Shown here: one piece after another, positions 19,462 through 28,778 of the stretch
Numbering within the stretch: position 1 is the stretch's first letter
Layout of the letters: each line of letters opens with the position of its first letter
Assembly (NCBI GenBank): GCA_965205975.1
Contig: OZ242195.1
Span: forward strand, 4,704,001-4,768,000
Direction: 5' to 3'
DNA: 64,000 nucleotides
Origin: Candidatus Latescibacterota bacterium
Lineage (GTDB): Bacteria; Latescibacterota; UBA2968
The notes under the pieces: generated by a model
What the model was told of the DNA's origin: nothing
What the model saw: only the letters and a program-made list of their open reading frames with translations
The model's database searches: none
Translations under genes and position numbers: made by a program

Positions 19462-20052
19462 TTAAGACTGCCTTTTCTTCTGTCTGATTGGAGGCACCTT
19501 CTCCCCCTTTACAGTCAAAGTAGGTAATTTCTCATTTATATAGAGCATAACAAGCTCTGTAACGTACTTGATCTCTTTCTCCGTGAGGTCTCTGCCGAGT
19601 GGGATATCGTGCCAATATTCCATGCATTTCCGACAACAACAGGCAGTAGCATGTTGCGCATAATAGATCGAATTACCCTTGAAAGGAGTTTGACGTCCAT
19701 CCCGATTGGGCTCCGCAGGCCCTACGTACTTACGAATCCTGTGTTCTGCAGCTTCTTTGAGACGAATTAGACCCTTTCTACGAGCATGATTTATTGCTCT
19801 AAGGTCAATATCTTTGTGCCAATAGTGGTGACGAAAATATTCTATCTTCAATGAATCAAATGTATGCTTAACATCTGACAAATTGCGTTTATGTACCCGC
19901 TTCCAATCAACTAAATCAGCATCACATTGGCGACATCTTCCTTGCTCATTCTTCTGCTTCATCCGTTGGGTAGCTTTGAAGCAATGAAGGTTGTCTTCGC
20001 AATTTGTGCTGGTGCATGTAATCTTCAACGGTTTCAGTTCTTTTTTAGCCAT
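19462..20052 (-). CDS. DUF4186-family protein with extra Cys-rich N-terminus
   Basis: DGRQTP..YAQHATACCCRKCMEYWH motif; N-terminal CTSTNC..HC..CRQC. Confidence 0.8.
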   Translation of the reverse strand: MAKKELKPLKITCTSTNCEDNLHCFKATQRMKQKNEQGRCRQCDADLVDWKRVHKRNLSDVKHTFDSLKIEYFRHHYWHKDIDLRAINHARRKGLIRLKEAAEHRIRKYVGPAEPNRDGRQTPFKGNSIYYAQHATACCCRKCMEYWHDIPLGRDLTEKEIKYVTELVMLYINEKLPTLTVKGEKVPPIRQKKRQS

Positions 20053-20062
20053 GCGTCAATCC

Positions 20063-21511
20063 TCAATACAGACCATCATCTATTGCACGCATTAGTAGAT
20101 CTCTATCGAATTCGTTGAGGTAACTAAGATCTACGTGTTCGAGTAGTATATCCCGAGCGGTGACCCAGGGTAGAGGATCTGTTTTCTGCAGGTTGCTGGC
20201 TGCTCCCCACCAATTTAACTTCTGTGACGACAGTCGATATGCTATGTAATTGGCAAGAGCATCTGCCTCTACACTTTCCTTTTCAGCCACTTCGGGAACG
20301 ACCCTTTTCAACCATTCTACTTTTCCTTCAGCAGCCTCAACACATTTTTCAGCAAGTTCCTCCGCGCGTCCCGCAAGCATGACATCATCAGCGAAATCAT
20401 TCGCAGCGGCCTCCTCATCAGAGCCTTGCCTTTCTATTGGATCAGTCTCAACCATAGCATATTCTTCGCTGTCGGGATCTTCGCCCGCATGGGCAAGTTC
20501 ATGCAAAAGATCGAATAGCCAACGCGCTAATGAATTCGTCCCTTGTTTCAGTACGATCACATTCCGGTATTCTATCCGCCAACAGGCACCATGGAACGCG
20601 CCTGGATCACGCAACGGCAACACGGGTATACCTAAGCCCCATACATAGCGTAGCACATTTTCAAATGTGACAGATCCATAGGAAGACAGTATCTCCTCTC
20701 TCACTTTGAGACCATTTGTAGGCACTTTTTGTGGTTTCAGATCCTGCGTTGTATCAAGAAGATGCAGACCCAAAATATGGGCAAACATAGTATAGGCACT
20801 TAATCTGGTTCTTTTTGCATATACAGGAGTTTTAAATCTTCCAGCTCTCGCAATAGCAGAATCCATTATTAATGGACGAGAACCAAAGATCAGAGTAGGA
20901 GACCATCCAAATACGCGAGCAATTGCTGTAGCAACCTGCAATGGTACATTTCCGGTTTGGCTCTTTTCATTCTCTTGTTCTATGTATGCGACTAAATCTC
21001 GCGGCAGTAATCGATTGAATATAAAATTCTTCTCAAAACCGGATTTTTCCATCCGACTGAAGATTTTTTCCAGTGAAAATCGTTCTGAAGAAAGAAAAAG
21101 GTCCTCTTGCATTTCAATACCTAGAGCTTCTACGATCTCTTTCAATCGTTCAAGATTGGCAGTCGCATATTCATTTGCTTCGTATCGCTGTATTTGTTGC
21201 TCTTTGAGTCCGAGACGATGGGCAAGTTCCTTCTGAGATAACCCCATAGCAATCCGAGCCTGAATGAGAGCACGAGGAAGATCAGTAAGTGAAAGACGTT
21301 CGAGAACATCGCGCTTACCTTCTACAAGCGCGTCGTATTCCTTTACCTGCATACGGAGTTCCTCATATTGACTTCTCAATGCATCCTGATGAGCTTTCTG
21401 GAGTAGAGGATGAATATTCTTATCTTTATTTTCAGCCAACTCCGCCAAAGCACCCTCAAACTTCCTCATCTGGGCCTTGGTGATCCGATATTGTCTCTCG
21501 TTTTTGATCAT
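20063..21511 (-). CDS. XRE HTH + ImmA/IrrE-family metallopeptidase fusion
   Basis: LSQKELAHRLGLKEQQIQRYE HTH; FDLLHELAH (HExxH) and EEAAANDFA. Confidence 0.9.
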   Translation of the reverse strand: MIKNERQYRITKAQMRKFEGALAELAENKDKNIHPLLQKAHQDALRSQYEELRMQVKEYDALVEGKRDVLERLSLTDLPRALIQARIAMGLSQKELAHRLGLKEQQIQRYEANEYATANLERLKEIVEALGIEMQEDLFLSSERFSLEKIFSRMEKSGFEKNFIFNRLLPRDLVAYIEQENEKSQTGNVPLQVATAIARVFGWSPTLIFGSRPLIMDSAIARAGRFKTPVYAKRTRLSAYTMFAHILGLHLLDTTQDLKPQKVPTNGLKVREEILSSYGSVTFENVLRYVWGLGIPVLPLRDPGAFHGACWRIEYRNVIVLKQGTNSLARWLFDLLHELAHAGEDPDSEEYAMVETDPIERQGSDEEAAANDFADDVMLAGRAEELAEKCVEAAEGKVEWLKRVVPEVAEKESVEADALANYIAYRLSSQKLNWWGAASNLQKTDPLPWVTARDILLEHVDLSYLNEFDRDLLMRAIDDGLY

Positions 21512-21536
21512 ATCTACCACCCACTTAGGTCTATGG
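21288..21536 (-). repeat. ~250-bp inverted repeat, copy 1 (partner 48366-48613)
   Basis: Direct alignment with scattered substitutions and one 1-bp indel. Confidence 0.9.
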
Positions 21537-21957
21537 CTATAATCCCTTTTGGATCGCCCGTAGCTTTATCGGTCTGGAAAAAATCGAGAAAAATCCTGTA
21601 GGGAGGCGTAGTTTCTGCCTCAAGATGAGCAGGAAAGAATTCTCCATGGTATTTGGCTTTTTGTGCCGCCCGTTGATTATCGAAGTTTAACAGAACGGGA
21701 TCAAGTAATGCCAGATCAACCCCGCTGTCATCCCAGCATGCATCAAAATCTCCAGGGATTTCTTTATCTGTAACAAAACTTCCATCTATGTAAACAGTCG
21801 AGCAGCCGGCTGCTTTCAAAGACTTTAATCCTTGCTCCAGGCCATCTAAGAGTCTGCGCCTATGAGCGGTCACACCGAATCTGATTTTGAATTTTTCCCA
21901 AGTTGTCCAATATATGCCGACGGGTAAGCATCCGTTAGAATCGAAAAGTGGTATCAT
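21514..21957 (-). CDS. DUF6932-like protein (predicted nucleotidyltransferase fold)
   Basis: MIPLFDSNGCLPVG, YIDGSFVTDKEIPGDFD (GS..DxD), GDPKGII. Confidence 0.8.
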   Translation of the reverse strand: MIPLFDSNGCLPVGIYWTTWEKFKIRFGVTAHRRRLLDGLEQGLKSLKAAGCSTVYIDGSFVTDKEIPGDFDACWDDSGVDLALLDPVLLNFDNQRAAQKAKYHGEFFPAHLEAETTPPYRIFLDFFQTDKATGDPKGIIAIDLSGW

Positions 21958-22031
21958 AGATTCGCCGTATCTTCTGACAGATTCCGACGGGTAGCAGCTG
22001 CCCGCCAAAGCTAAATCCAATAAAGTATAAA

Positions 22032-22072
22032 TTATCAACACAACAATATAGTTGTGTTGATAAAAATGTCAA
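22032..22072 (-). promoter_or_regulatory. Sigma70-like promoter with overlapping palindromic operator
   Basis: Minus strand TTGACA-16 bp-TATATT; TTATCAACACAAC-N6-GTTGTGTTGATAA at 22032-22063 with the -10 box as spacer. Confidence 0.8.
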
Positions 22073-22112
22073 GAACTAATTTTTCGTTTTCGGATTACAT
22101 TTGAAAGGTTAT

Positions 22113-22886
22113 TCAACTCATTTCAAGAATACCCAATCGATCTTCACGCAAATGATTTCTCAACTCGCGATAATATTGTTCTCGGACTTCTATGCTTTTC
22201 ATGTTAGCATCAATGGTATATCCTGCGGGCTTAAACACCATAAACATCACTTTCCGGGGAAACGCATCAATATTGATAGATGCGCCGTGGACCATTGCCG
22301 TGGTGCAAACCGTCATCTGTCCTGCCTTTGCAAGCAAAGGAACCGGATCGGCAAAAGGCAACTCGGGAAGTTCTCGAAATGGGACTGGATTCCGAATATA
22401 AGTCCCGTGCTTTTCCACATCCTCTGCAATCAAACGGTGGCTGCCGGGTCGGTACATGAGAGGTGCCCGTTTTTCCGTCACATCGCTCAACCAGAGCAGA
22501 CAACTGCAAAGCATCTGTTTGGGTGTGACATCCAGGTCTGAAAGACTATATTTTATATCCACATGTTCGGAAAAACTGAATAGTGCGCCGGGCTGTGGAT
22601 AGGAGGTGACAACAAACGCATTAAAAAAATGCACGGCATCGGCCCCCAATGTCTTTTTCGCCACAGCTTCCAAAAACGGATCCTGGATCAGATCCAGCAA
22701 TTCAGGCTCGAGAAAATACCGTTGTCCCACACGATACTGGGTCGGTTTTCCATCTTCCGGGCCTTCAAACGGCAGCATCCGATCAAAAACCCTCGAAACA
22801 CGATCCAGCCGCGCTTTACTAAAAGGCGTATCGATAGTTACCGCCCCGACCTCTTCAAATTGTGCAATTTCAGATTCGCCAATCAT
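22113..22886 (-). CDS. Phytanoyl-CoA dioxygenase (PhyH) family protein
   Basis: HVD, PGSH and distal HG motifs; GGAGG RBS before MIGESE. Confidence 0.85.
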   Translation of the reverse strand: MIGESEIAQFEEVGAVTIDTPFSKARLDRVSRVFDRMLPFEGPEDGKPTQYRVGQRYFLEPELLDLIQDPFLEAVAKKTLGADAVHFFNAFVVTSYPQPGALFSFSEHVDIKYSLSDLDVTPKQMLCSCLLWLSDVTEKRAPLMYRPGSHRLIAEDVEKHGTYIRNPVPFRELPELPFADPVPLLAKAGQMTVCTTAMVHGASINIDAFPRKVMFMVFKPAGYTIDANMKSIEVREQYYRELRNHLREDRLGILEMS

Positions 22887-22906
22887 AACATACCTCCTAT
22901 ATCCTT

Positions 22907-24136
22907 CTACGCATCCAGCCATGCATCCTCAAACACCCGACATCCGACGCCCTCCTGCCCCATGGGACTGCATGCGTAGAGTGTGATATACTGGGACTCA
23001 TTGAGAGGACCAACAGTACTGTACGAAAAGGTCTCCGGCTCGATAACCTTGTGGCACCAGGTCTGACCTTCGTCATCGCTAAAATAGATCGCACCGCGCT
23101 GGCGCTCTGTAGCGTGCTGCCGCTCGGATTCGGGCAGGCTGGAGCCATTGGGAATAGAAAAGAGCAAACGCCTCCCGCCCCTGGCAAGCGTACCGTGGCA
23201 GAGCACCCCACTGATATCGACGAGAAAGGGCCGGGACCACGTCTTGCCACAATCCGTCGAAGTATGGGCAATGCGCTGCACAGGACCGGGACGCACCTCC
23301 GAGAAGGGAACGTGGGCTTCGAGCATACCGCGCGAATTCAGCCTGCGGACGAGCAACAATTCCTCACCGCGGTTAATCGACACAGCGGAAGCTTCATTAC
23401 CCAGATAATCTGTAATAAAGCCATCCACGCGCCAGGTCTCACCCTGGTCATCGCTATAAATAACGGCAGAACCGGACTGGGGATGGTTGCGAAAATAATC
23501 CGTAACGGCCTCCCCCTCGGGCACCACAGTAACAGGTCCCCCCAGAACGTACCGCCCCCGATGAGGACCTTCGGAAATCGCGTGAACCTGACCCACCGCG
23601 TTAAACATAATCAGCGTACCATCGGAATACCGGTGATTCAGAGGCGACCGGTCCCCGAGCAACATCTCCATAGTCCAGGTATCGCCATCGTCATCCGAAT
23701 CAAACCGGCAAAGAACCATAGGCGTATCGCGCCCCACGGCATCGATATCGATACCGGACTGCGCCCGCATCTCGCCATAGTCCTTGTCGTAAATATTCTC
23801 CGTACCCCGCAAATCAACCATAGACAGAACAGACACGCGCTCACGTCCATCACGTTCGGAAAGATACGCAGACACCGCGTAGTGGGTGATCCGACCCGAA
23901 ACCGCCTTCGCTGGCGACCACGTCGCGCCCCAATCTCTGCTCCTGCTCGTCAGAATCACCTTCGGATCGTCGTCGCGGCCTCCGCGCAACCTACCCTGAC
24001 AAAAGGCGATCAACACGCCAGCGCGCGTAACGACATACGACGGCTGAAACGTGCGACACACCTCCTCACCGTGCACCTCAAAACCAGGCTCAAAAGCCAG
24101 CGTCCGTTCACTCAAACCATTTTCAAGCTGCCTCAT
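22907..24136 (-). CDS. BNR/Asp-box sialidase-family protein
   Basis: Repeated Asp boxes SRDWGATW, SDDDGDTW, SDDQGETW, STDCGKTW, SDDEGQTW. Confidence 0.88.
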   Translation of the reverse strand: MRQLENGLSERTLAFEPGFEVHGEEVCRTFQPSYVVTRAGVLIAFCQGRLRGGRDDDPKVILTSRSRDWGATWSPAKAVSGRITHYAVSAYLSERDGRERVSVLSMVDLRGTENIYDKDYGEMRAQSGIDIDAVGRDTPMVLCRFDSDDDGDTWTMEMLLGDRSPLNHRYSDGTLIMFNAVGQVHAISEGPHRGRYVLGGPVTVVPEGEAVTDYFRNHPQSGSAVIYSDDQGETWRVDGFITDYLGNEASAVSINRGEELLLVRRLNSRGMLEAHVPFSEVRPGPVQRIAHTSTDCGKTWSRPFLVDISGVLCHGTLARGGRRLLFSIPNGSSLPESERQHATERQRGAIYFSDDEGQTWCHKVIEPETFSYSTVGPLNESQYITLYACSPMGQEGVGCRVFEDAWLDA

Positions 24137-25488
24137 ACGCTCTTCTCCTGATCAAAAGGCTGCTCCGAGTGATAAATCTCCCGATCCGCCTCCAGCAGAA
24201 ACGACCCGTCTGACTGTTTAATCCATTGCGGAACATCGGAGTGACCTTCTCTATTCGGCACAACCCCCATCAAAATGGGATCTTCTGTCTCCTCGAGAAA
24301 CGCGGTTAATTGCCCCTCCAAATCATCGCGAACCTTTGAAAAACGCGGATCATCTGCAACATTGTTCAACTCATACGGATCGTCTGCCAAACTGTAAAGC
24401 TCCCGATCCGGTGCCGGTCTTGAAAAAAGTGCCTGAACAACCTCTCGCCTGTTCTGAAAACGATTCACCCACCCATTATCGACATAATTTGGCACCCGCG
24501 CAAAATTGCGGATCAGCTTGAACTGATCTGACCGAACGCACCGCATCGGCGTATAATACCAGTTCCCAGCACGCCGCCCCCAGGTCTGCTCGCTAAACAC
24601 CACAGACCGACCGGCCCATCCCGCACCGGAAAACAACCCCCGAAAACTCCGCCCCAGAATACCATCCGGTTTCTCCAGACCGCACAATTCCATCAACGTC
24701 GGCAGCAGATCCAGATTGCTAATCAAATCGCCATACACAGCACCAGGAGCAATCTCAGACGGGTATCTCATAAGCAAAGTCGTGCGGATACCCGCATCGT
24801 AAAGCGTGTGTTTTGCCCGCGCAGTCGCCACACCGTGTTCGGTAGTAAACACCACAACGGTCTCATCCGCCATCCCACAATCATCAAGTGCATTCAAAAT
24901 CCGCCCCACTTTTTTATCCAACGCCCCAATCTGCCGACACAACGCGGCGAGATCTTTACGCACCTCCGAACAATCGGGCAGATCCGGCGGCACAACCATC
25001 CTCTCCGCAAGATCTGGATCGTAATCCAGACCAAAAGGTCTATGTACCTCCGAGAAAGAGACCTGCAAAAAAAAGGGACGCTCGATAGACGGTGCTTCTT
25101 CTCGCAAAAAACGCTCGACCAGCATTTCCACACCAGCCTTCCCCTCTATCACACGCGAAAAACCCGCCCAGGATGGATCATTCAAAATCATCAACCGGTT
25201 GCTCAGCACCGTCTCATAGCCCACATCCTGAAAATAACGCGCCATACACACAGCATCATCACGATATGGAAATTGTCCCCACACACCGATCATATGCGGC
25301 ATCTGGCTGCAATACAAGCCAACGCGACTGGGAATACAAATGGGTGCCGTCGCGATAAATTGCGAAAACCGGGCACCCTGAAAAGCCAACCGATCCAGAT
25401 TTGGCGTCGATACATCAGGCCGGTCATAACAACCGAGCCAATCGCCCAAATCGTGACAGTCGATAAACACAACATTGGGTTGTTTCAT
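24133..25488 (-). CDS. Sulfatase (formylglycine-dependent)
   Basis: CIPSR signature, PNVVFIDCHDLG, ELYSLADDPYE. Confidence 0.92.
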   Translation of the reverse strand: MKQPNVVFIDCHDLGDWLGCYDRPDVSTPNLDRLAFQGARFSQFIATAPICIPSRVGLYCSQMPHMIGVWGQFPYRDDAVCMARYFQDVGYETVLSNRLMILNDPSWAGFSRVIEGKAGVEMLVERFLREEAPSIERPFFLQVSFSEVHRPFGLDYDPDLAERMVVPPDLPDCSEVRKDLAALCRQIGALDKKVGRILNALDDCGMADETVVVFTTEHGVATARAKHTLYDAGIRTTLLMRYPSEIAPGAVYGDLISNLDLLPTLMELCGLEKPDGILGRSFRGLFSGAGWAGRSVVFSEQTWGRRAGNWYYTPMRCVRSDQFKLIRNFARVPNYVDNGWVNRFQNRREVVQALFSRPAPDRELYSLADDPYELNNVADDPRFSKVRDDLEGQLTAFLEETEDPILMGVVPNREGHSDVPQWIKQSDGSFLLEADREIYHSEQPFDQEKSV

Positions 25489-25639
25489 ATCCTGGTTCCT
25501 CTATCTCATCAAAGACCTGAAATTGCCACATCGCACATCTTGTGGAAACAAAATGTGGGCAACCAGTATCACAGTTTTCAGGTTGTCACATTAACTCTGG
25601 TATAGACACATAATAATATAAGCCTTTTGTGTAATAATA

Positions 25640-25667
25640 TTGACAAAAAATTATAAATAGATATACT
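25640..25667 (+). promoter_or_regulatory. Sigma70-like promoter for a probably leaderless abiEi-like mRNA
   Basis: TTGACA-16 bp-TATACT, ATG 7 nt downstream, no SD sequence. Confidence 0.6.
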
Positions 25668-25674
25668 TTGACAC

Positions 25675-26280
25675 ATGTCTAAAAATTCACCTGAAAATCA
25701 AGTTCTGGAGCTGGCACAGCAAGGTCTCTTGAGAGTTTGCGATCTGACATCCCGGGGCCTTCACCCCGAATATCTGCGCCGACTATATCAGAAGGGACTG
25801 GTACGACGGGAGGGAAGAGGCCTGTACATTGCAGCCGACGCCGAGATTTCGGTACACTATGGGCTGGCGCAAGTAGCAAAGCGCGTTTCCCACGGGGTAA
25901 TTTGTCTGCTGTCAGCCTTGAGCTTCCACGAAATCGGCACACAGCTACCGCATCAGGTCTGGATGGCCATTGACCGCAGAGCAGCCAGGCCAAAGATGCA
26001 ATTTCCTCCTCTGAGAGTGATGCGGTTCTCCGGTGCTGCACTGACTGAAGGAATCGAAACATATCGGATTGAAGGCGTTCCCGTTCAGATTTTTAACCCC
26101 GCCAAAACAGTTGCGGACTGCTTCAAATACCGCAACAAAATCGGCCTGGACATCGCTCTTGAAGCGTTGAAAGAATGCATCCGCGACCGTCGCACCACAA
26201 TGGACGACCTCTGGCACTTCGCAAAGGTCTGTCGCATGACCAATGTGATGCGGCCCTACATGGAAGCTATCGTGGCATGA
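25675..26280 (+). CDS. Type IV toxin-antitoxin AbiEi-family antitoxin
   Basis: RGLY, GVICLLSALSFHEI, PAKTVADCFKYRNKIGLD motifs. Confidence 0.9.
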   Translation: MSKNSPENQVLELAQQGLLRVCDLTSRGLHPEYLRRLYQKGLVRREGRGLYIAADAEISVHYGLAQVAKRVSHGVICLLSALSFHEIGTQLPHQVWMAIDRRAARPKMQFPPLRVMRFSGAALTEGIETYRIEGVPVQIFNPAKTVADCFKYRNKIGLDIALEALKECIRDRRTTMDDLWHFAKVCRMTNVMRPYMEAIVA

Positions 26281-26304
26281 AAAGAGCGCGTCCCAAAAAC
26301 CAGC

Positions 26305-26344
26305 AAAACGGGTAGAGCGTCTCGTAATTCTCTACCCGTTTTTT
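26305..26344 (+). terminator. Intrinsic terminator
   Basis: AAAACGGGTAGAG...CTCTACCCGTTTTTT. Confidence 0.75.
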
Positions 26345-26466
26345 ATTTTTCTAAAAAAATTTTACATTCTCTGAATCTTTCATCTCTTCGGCTTTGTCAG
26401 AGTCGATACCGCACCAAAACAATGCATAAATGCATAAATGACGGAAAGGGAAAGGAAGGAGAAAAC

Positions 26467-26580
26467 ATGCCAGACGAAAGCAACCAACTCTACCTCTATG
26501 AAGCTCTGGAACTCAGGGCTGAATACGATGCCAGAATCAAAACCCTGAAAGATTGCCTGTCAGAAACCAGGCAAAATCGC
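26467..26580 (+). pseudogene. 5' gene fragment (DIP1984-like coiled-coil start) truncated against the convergent PhyH gene
   Basis: AAGGAG RBS, LYLYEALELRAEYDARIKTLK, then the frame runs antisense into the next gene. Confidence 0.45.
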
Positions 26581-26597
26581 ATTAGCCTCTATTCACT

Positions 26598-27464
26598 CTA
26601 TCCAATCGCTGATCGCTTTGGCAGCGCGGCTCTAAACGCCGCCACACTCTCCCAATCGGGACCCAGTGCGTGCCGCGAGAATATCGGATCTGGCTGCCGA
26701 TACATCAAATGCGCCGTGCGCCGAATCCGCTGCGTCTGCCGGACAGTCCCGCAGTGATAACTGGCAATATTGAACATCACAGCAGACCCCGCTGGCGCGT
26801 GAACATCGACCCGACCGATCCGTCGGGGATTTGTGCGACCAAAAGAATCTGTCCAAATCGGCTTATCCGGATCTACATACGCCGTCTCATCATCATCAAT
26901 CCGCAAAACACCCTCGCCCCATCCGGATTTCCCCTCCCGCGTCTTGGGCAATTGACGCTTGGTCTCGGCACTCTCTGGAATAAGACTCGTGCAGTGGGAC
27001 CCGGCATCCACATCATCCAGATAGTAAATCACCTGTATCGCCGGGGCAAAAAACGCATTCCGATCAGCACCCTCCACAATACCGTTGTACTCCCGGTGCC
27101 ACTGCCGCGAGAGACAGAGCGGATCGCCGCCGTCAATATCCTCTGGCGGATCGGCGGCACACACCTCGCGCCGCAAAAAACTCAGACTGCTAAACTGAAC
27201 ACCCGCTCCGAGAATGCAATGCACCAGTGGCACGACCGACGGATGGTGAACCAGGCCATCCAGCGCCTCTGTCCTGTGCATCAACTCCGGTGCCCTGCAG
27301 CCCACCGCTATATGCCCCGGACGAGGTCCAGGCTCCCATTCCTTCGGGTTCGCGGCCACATCCGCATCAATCCCATCGTTAATCGCCGCCACCTCCTCCG
27401 GTGAAAGCGCCCCCTCCACCACGGCATACCCGTTCTCCGCAAAACATCTCAGCATCTCGTCCAT
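26598..27464 (-). CDS. PhyH-family dioxygenase
   Basis: FAENGYAVVEGALS, WHRE, YYLDDV, distal HCG; AAGGAG RBS before MDEML. Confidence 0.85.
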   Translation of the reverse strand: MDEMLRCFAENGYAVVEGALSPEEVAAINDGIDADVAANPKEWEPGPRPGHIAVGCRAPELMHRTEALDGLVHHPSVVPLVHCILGAGVQFSSLSFLRREVCAADPPEDIDGGDPLCLSRQWHREYNGIVEGADRNAFFAPAIQVIYYLDDVDAGSHCTSLIPESAETKRQLPKTREGKSGWGEGVLRIDDDETAYVDPDKPIWTDSFGRTNPRRIGRVDVHAPAGSAVMFNIASYHCGTVRQTQRIRRTAHLMYRQPDPIFSRHALGPDWESVAAFRAALPKRSAIG

Positions 27465-27492
27465 CGCATCGCTCCTTTGAAAAGACATCGCG

Positions 27493-28590
27493 TCAAACCG
27501 AATATCTCTCAAGAACATCCCGGTCAATCTCAATCCCCAGCCCGGGACCCTGGGGAACCGCGAGAAAACCATCCACGGGCAAAATAGGCTCTTTGGACAA
27601 CCCTGTTCGAAGCCCATTTTCCGTCATATCGCATTCAAAAAAAGAAGGGACTAGATTCATAGAACCGGACGCATCTGGCATCGACGCCTGCCAGTGCAGA
27701 GTAGCGGCAAGGCCAACGACTGCCCCCCACATATGCGGCATAACCGGAATATAATTGGCACTGGCCATCGCCACAACCTTTCTCGCCTCTGTAAACCCGC
27801 CGACAATCGCGATATCCGGCTGCACAATATCCACCGCCCGCCGCTGAATAAACTCCCGAAATGCCCAGCGACCCTGCAAACCCTCGCATCCCGCAATCCG
27901 CATCCCGAGCGCCCTTTTAATTTCTACATACCCGGCCACATCATCCCTCGAAGTCGGTTCTTCATACCAGAACAGATCGTACGCTTCCATCCTGCGTCCC
28001 ACCTCAATCGCCGTACCCACATCATAGGCCAAATTTGCATCCACGCACAAAAGAATATCATCGCCAATCGCTTTTCGCACAGCAGCCACATTCTGCTCAT
28101 CGTACGCCTTCCCCAATCCAACCTTCATCTTCATCGCGGGAAAACCCCGATCCACATATCCCCTGGCCTCATCCATCAACGCCTGTGTATTATCCGGCCT
28201 GTCTTTCCTGAACAACCCACTGGCATAGCAGGGGATACGGTCCCGAAATGCACCCCCCAGAAGGCGATAAACCGGCACATCAAGTGCCTTACCCATAATA
28301 TCCCACAACGCAATATCCACGCCGCTGGTCGCCCCCACATTCCTCAGACTCCCCGAACTGTTCAGCGCATTCCAGATCACTTCGCAATCGAACGGATCCT
28401 GCCCGATCACATGCCACTGAATATCCGACTCACCAATCGACCCCGCCCCCTGTCCCCATCCCGTAATGCCCGCATCGGTCAAAATCTCCACCAGAGTAGA
28501 TGACCGCTCCGTAATCCACGCAAAAGAATTTCCGAACTTCTCGGTCACGGGATAGCGCAAACGATGGTATTTAACATCCGTAATCTTCAT
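27493..28590 (-). CDS. Mandelate racemase / muconate lactonizing enzyme family protein
   Basis: DIALWDIMGK, KMKVG, VDAN, WYEEP, VPQGPGLG. Confidence 0.93.
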   Translation of the reverse strand: MKITDVKYHRLRYPVTEKFGNSFAWITERSSTLVEILTDAGITGWGQGAGSIGESDIQWHVIGQDPFDCEVIWNALNSSGSLRNVGATSGVDIALWDIMGKALDVPVYRLLGGAFRDRIPCYASGLFRKDRPDNTQALMDEARGYVDRGFPAMKMKVGLGKAYDEQNVAAVRKAIGDDILLCVDANLAYDVGTAIEVGRRMEAYDLFWYEEPTSRDDVAGYVEIKRALGMRIAGCEGLQGRWAFREFIQRRAVDIVQPDIAIVGGFTEARKVVAMASANYIPVMPHMWGAVVGLAATLHWQASMPDASGSMNLVPSFFECDMTENGLRTGLSKEPILPVDGFLAVPQGPGLGIEIDRDVLERYSV

Positions 28591-28705
28591 ATTCTCTCCC
28601 ATACATTGATCCAATATCTGGTACCCGAAAATAAAACCTCACTTTACCAAAGTCAACCAGCACCGAACTTCAGAATATCATCTTTCCCATCTGGACTTGC
28701 AATTC

Positions 28706-28730
28706 ATTCTGACCTTGCCCATATTTGAAT
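28706..28730 (+). repeat. 25-bp direct repeat, copy 1 (partner 30065-30089)
   Basis: ATTCTGACCTTGCCCATATTTGAAT versus ATTCCGACCTTGCCCATATTTTAAT. Confidence 0.75.
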
Positions 28731-28778
28731 AACAATTTAAAAAACCAATACGCACTCTCATGACAGATGCGATAACAA

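Noticed and set aside
23051..28503. Long + strand ORFs (23051-24151, 24808-25605, 26670-27404, 27694-28503)
   Set aside because: Antisense shadows of well-supported minus-strand genes, with no motifs of their own
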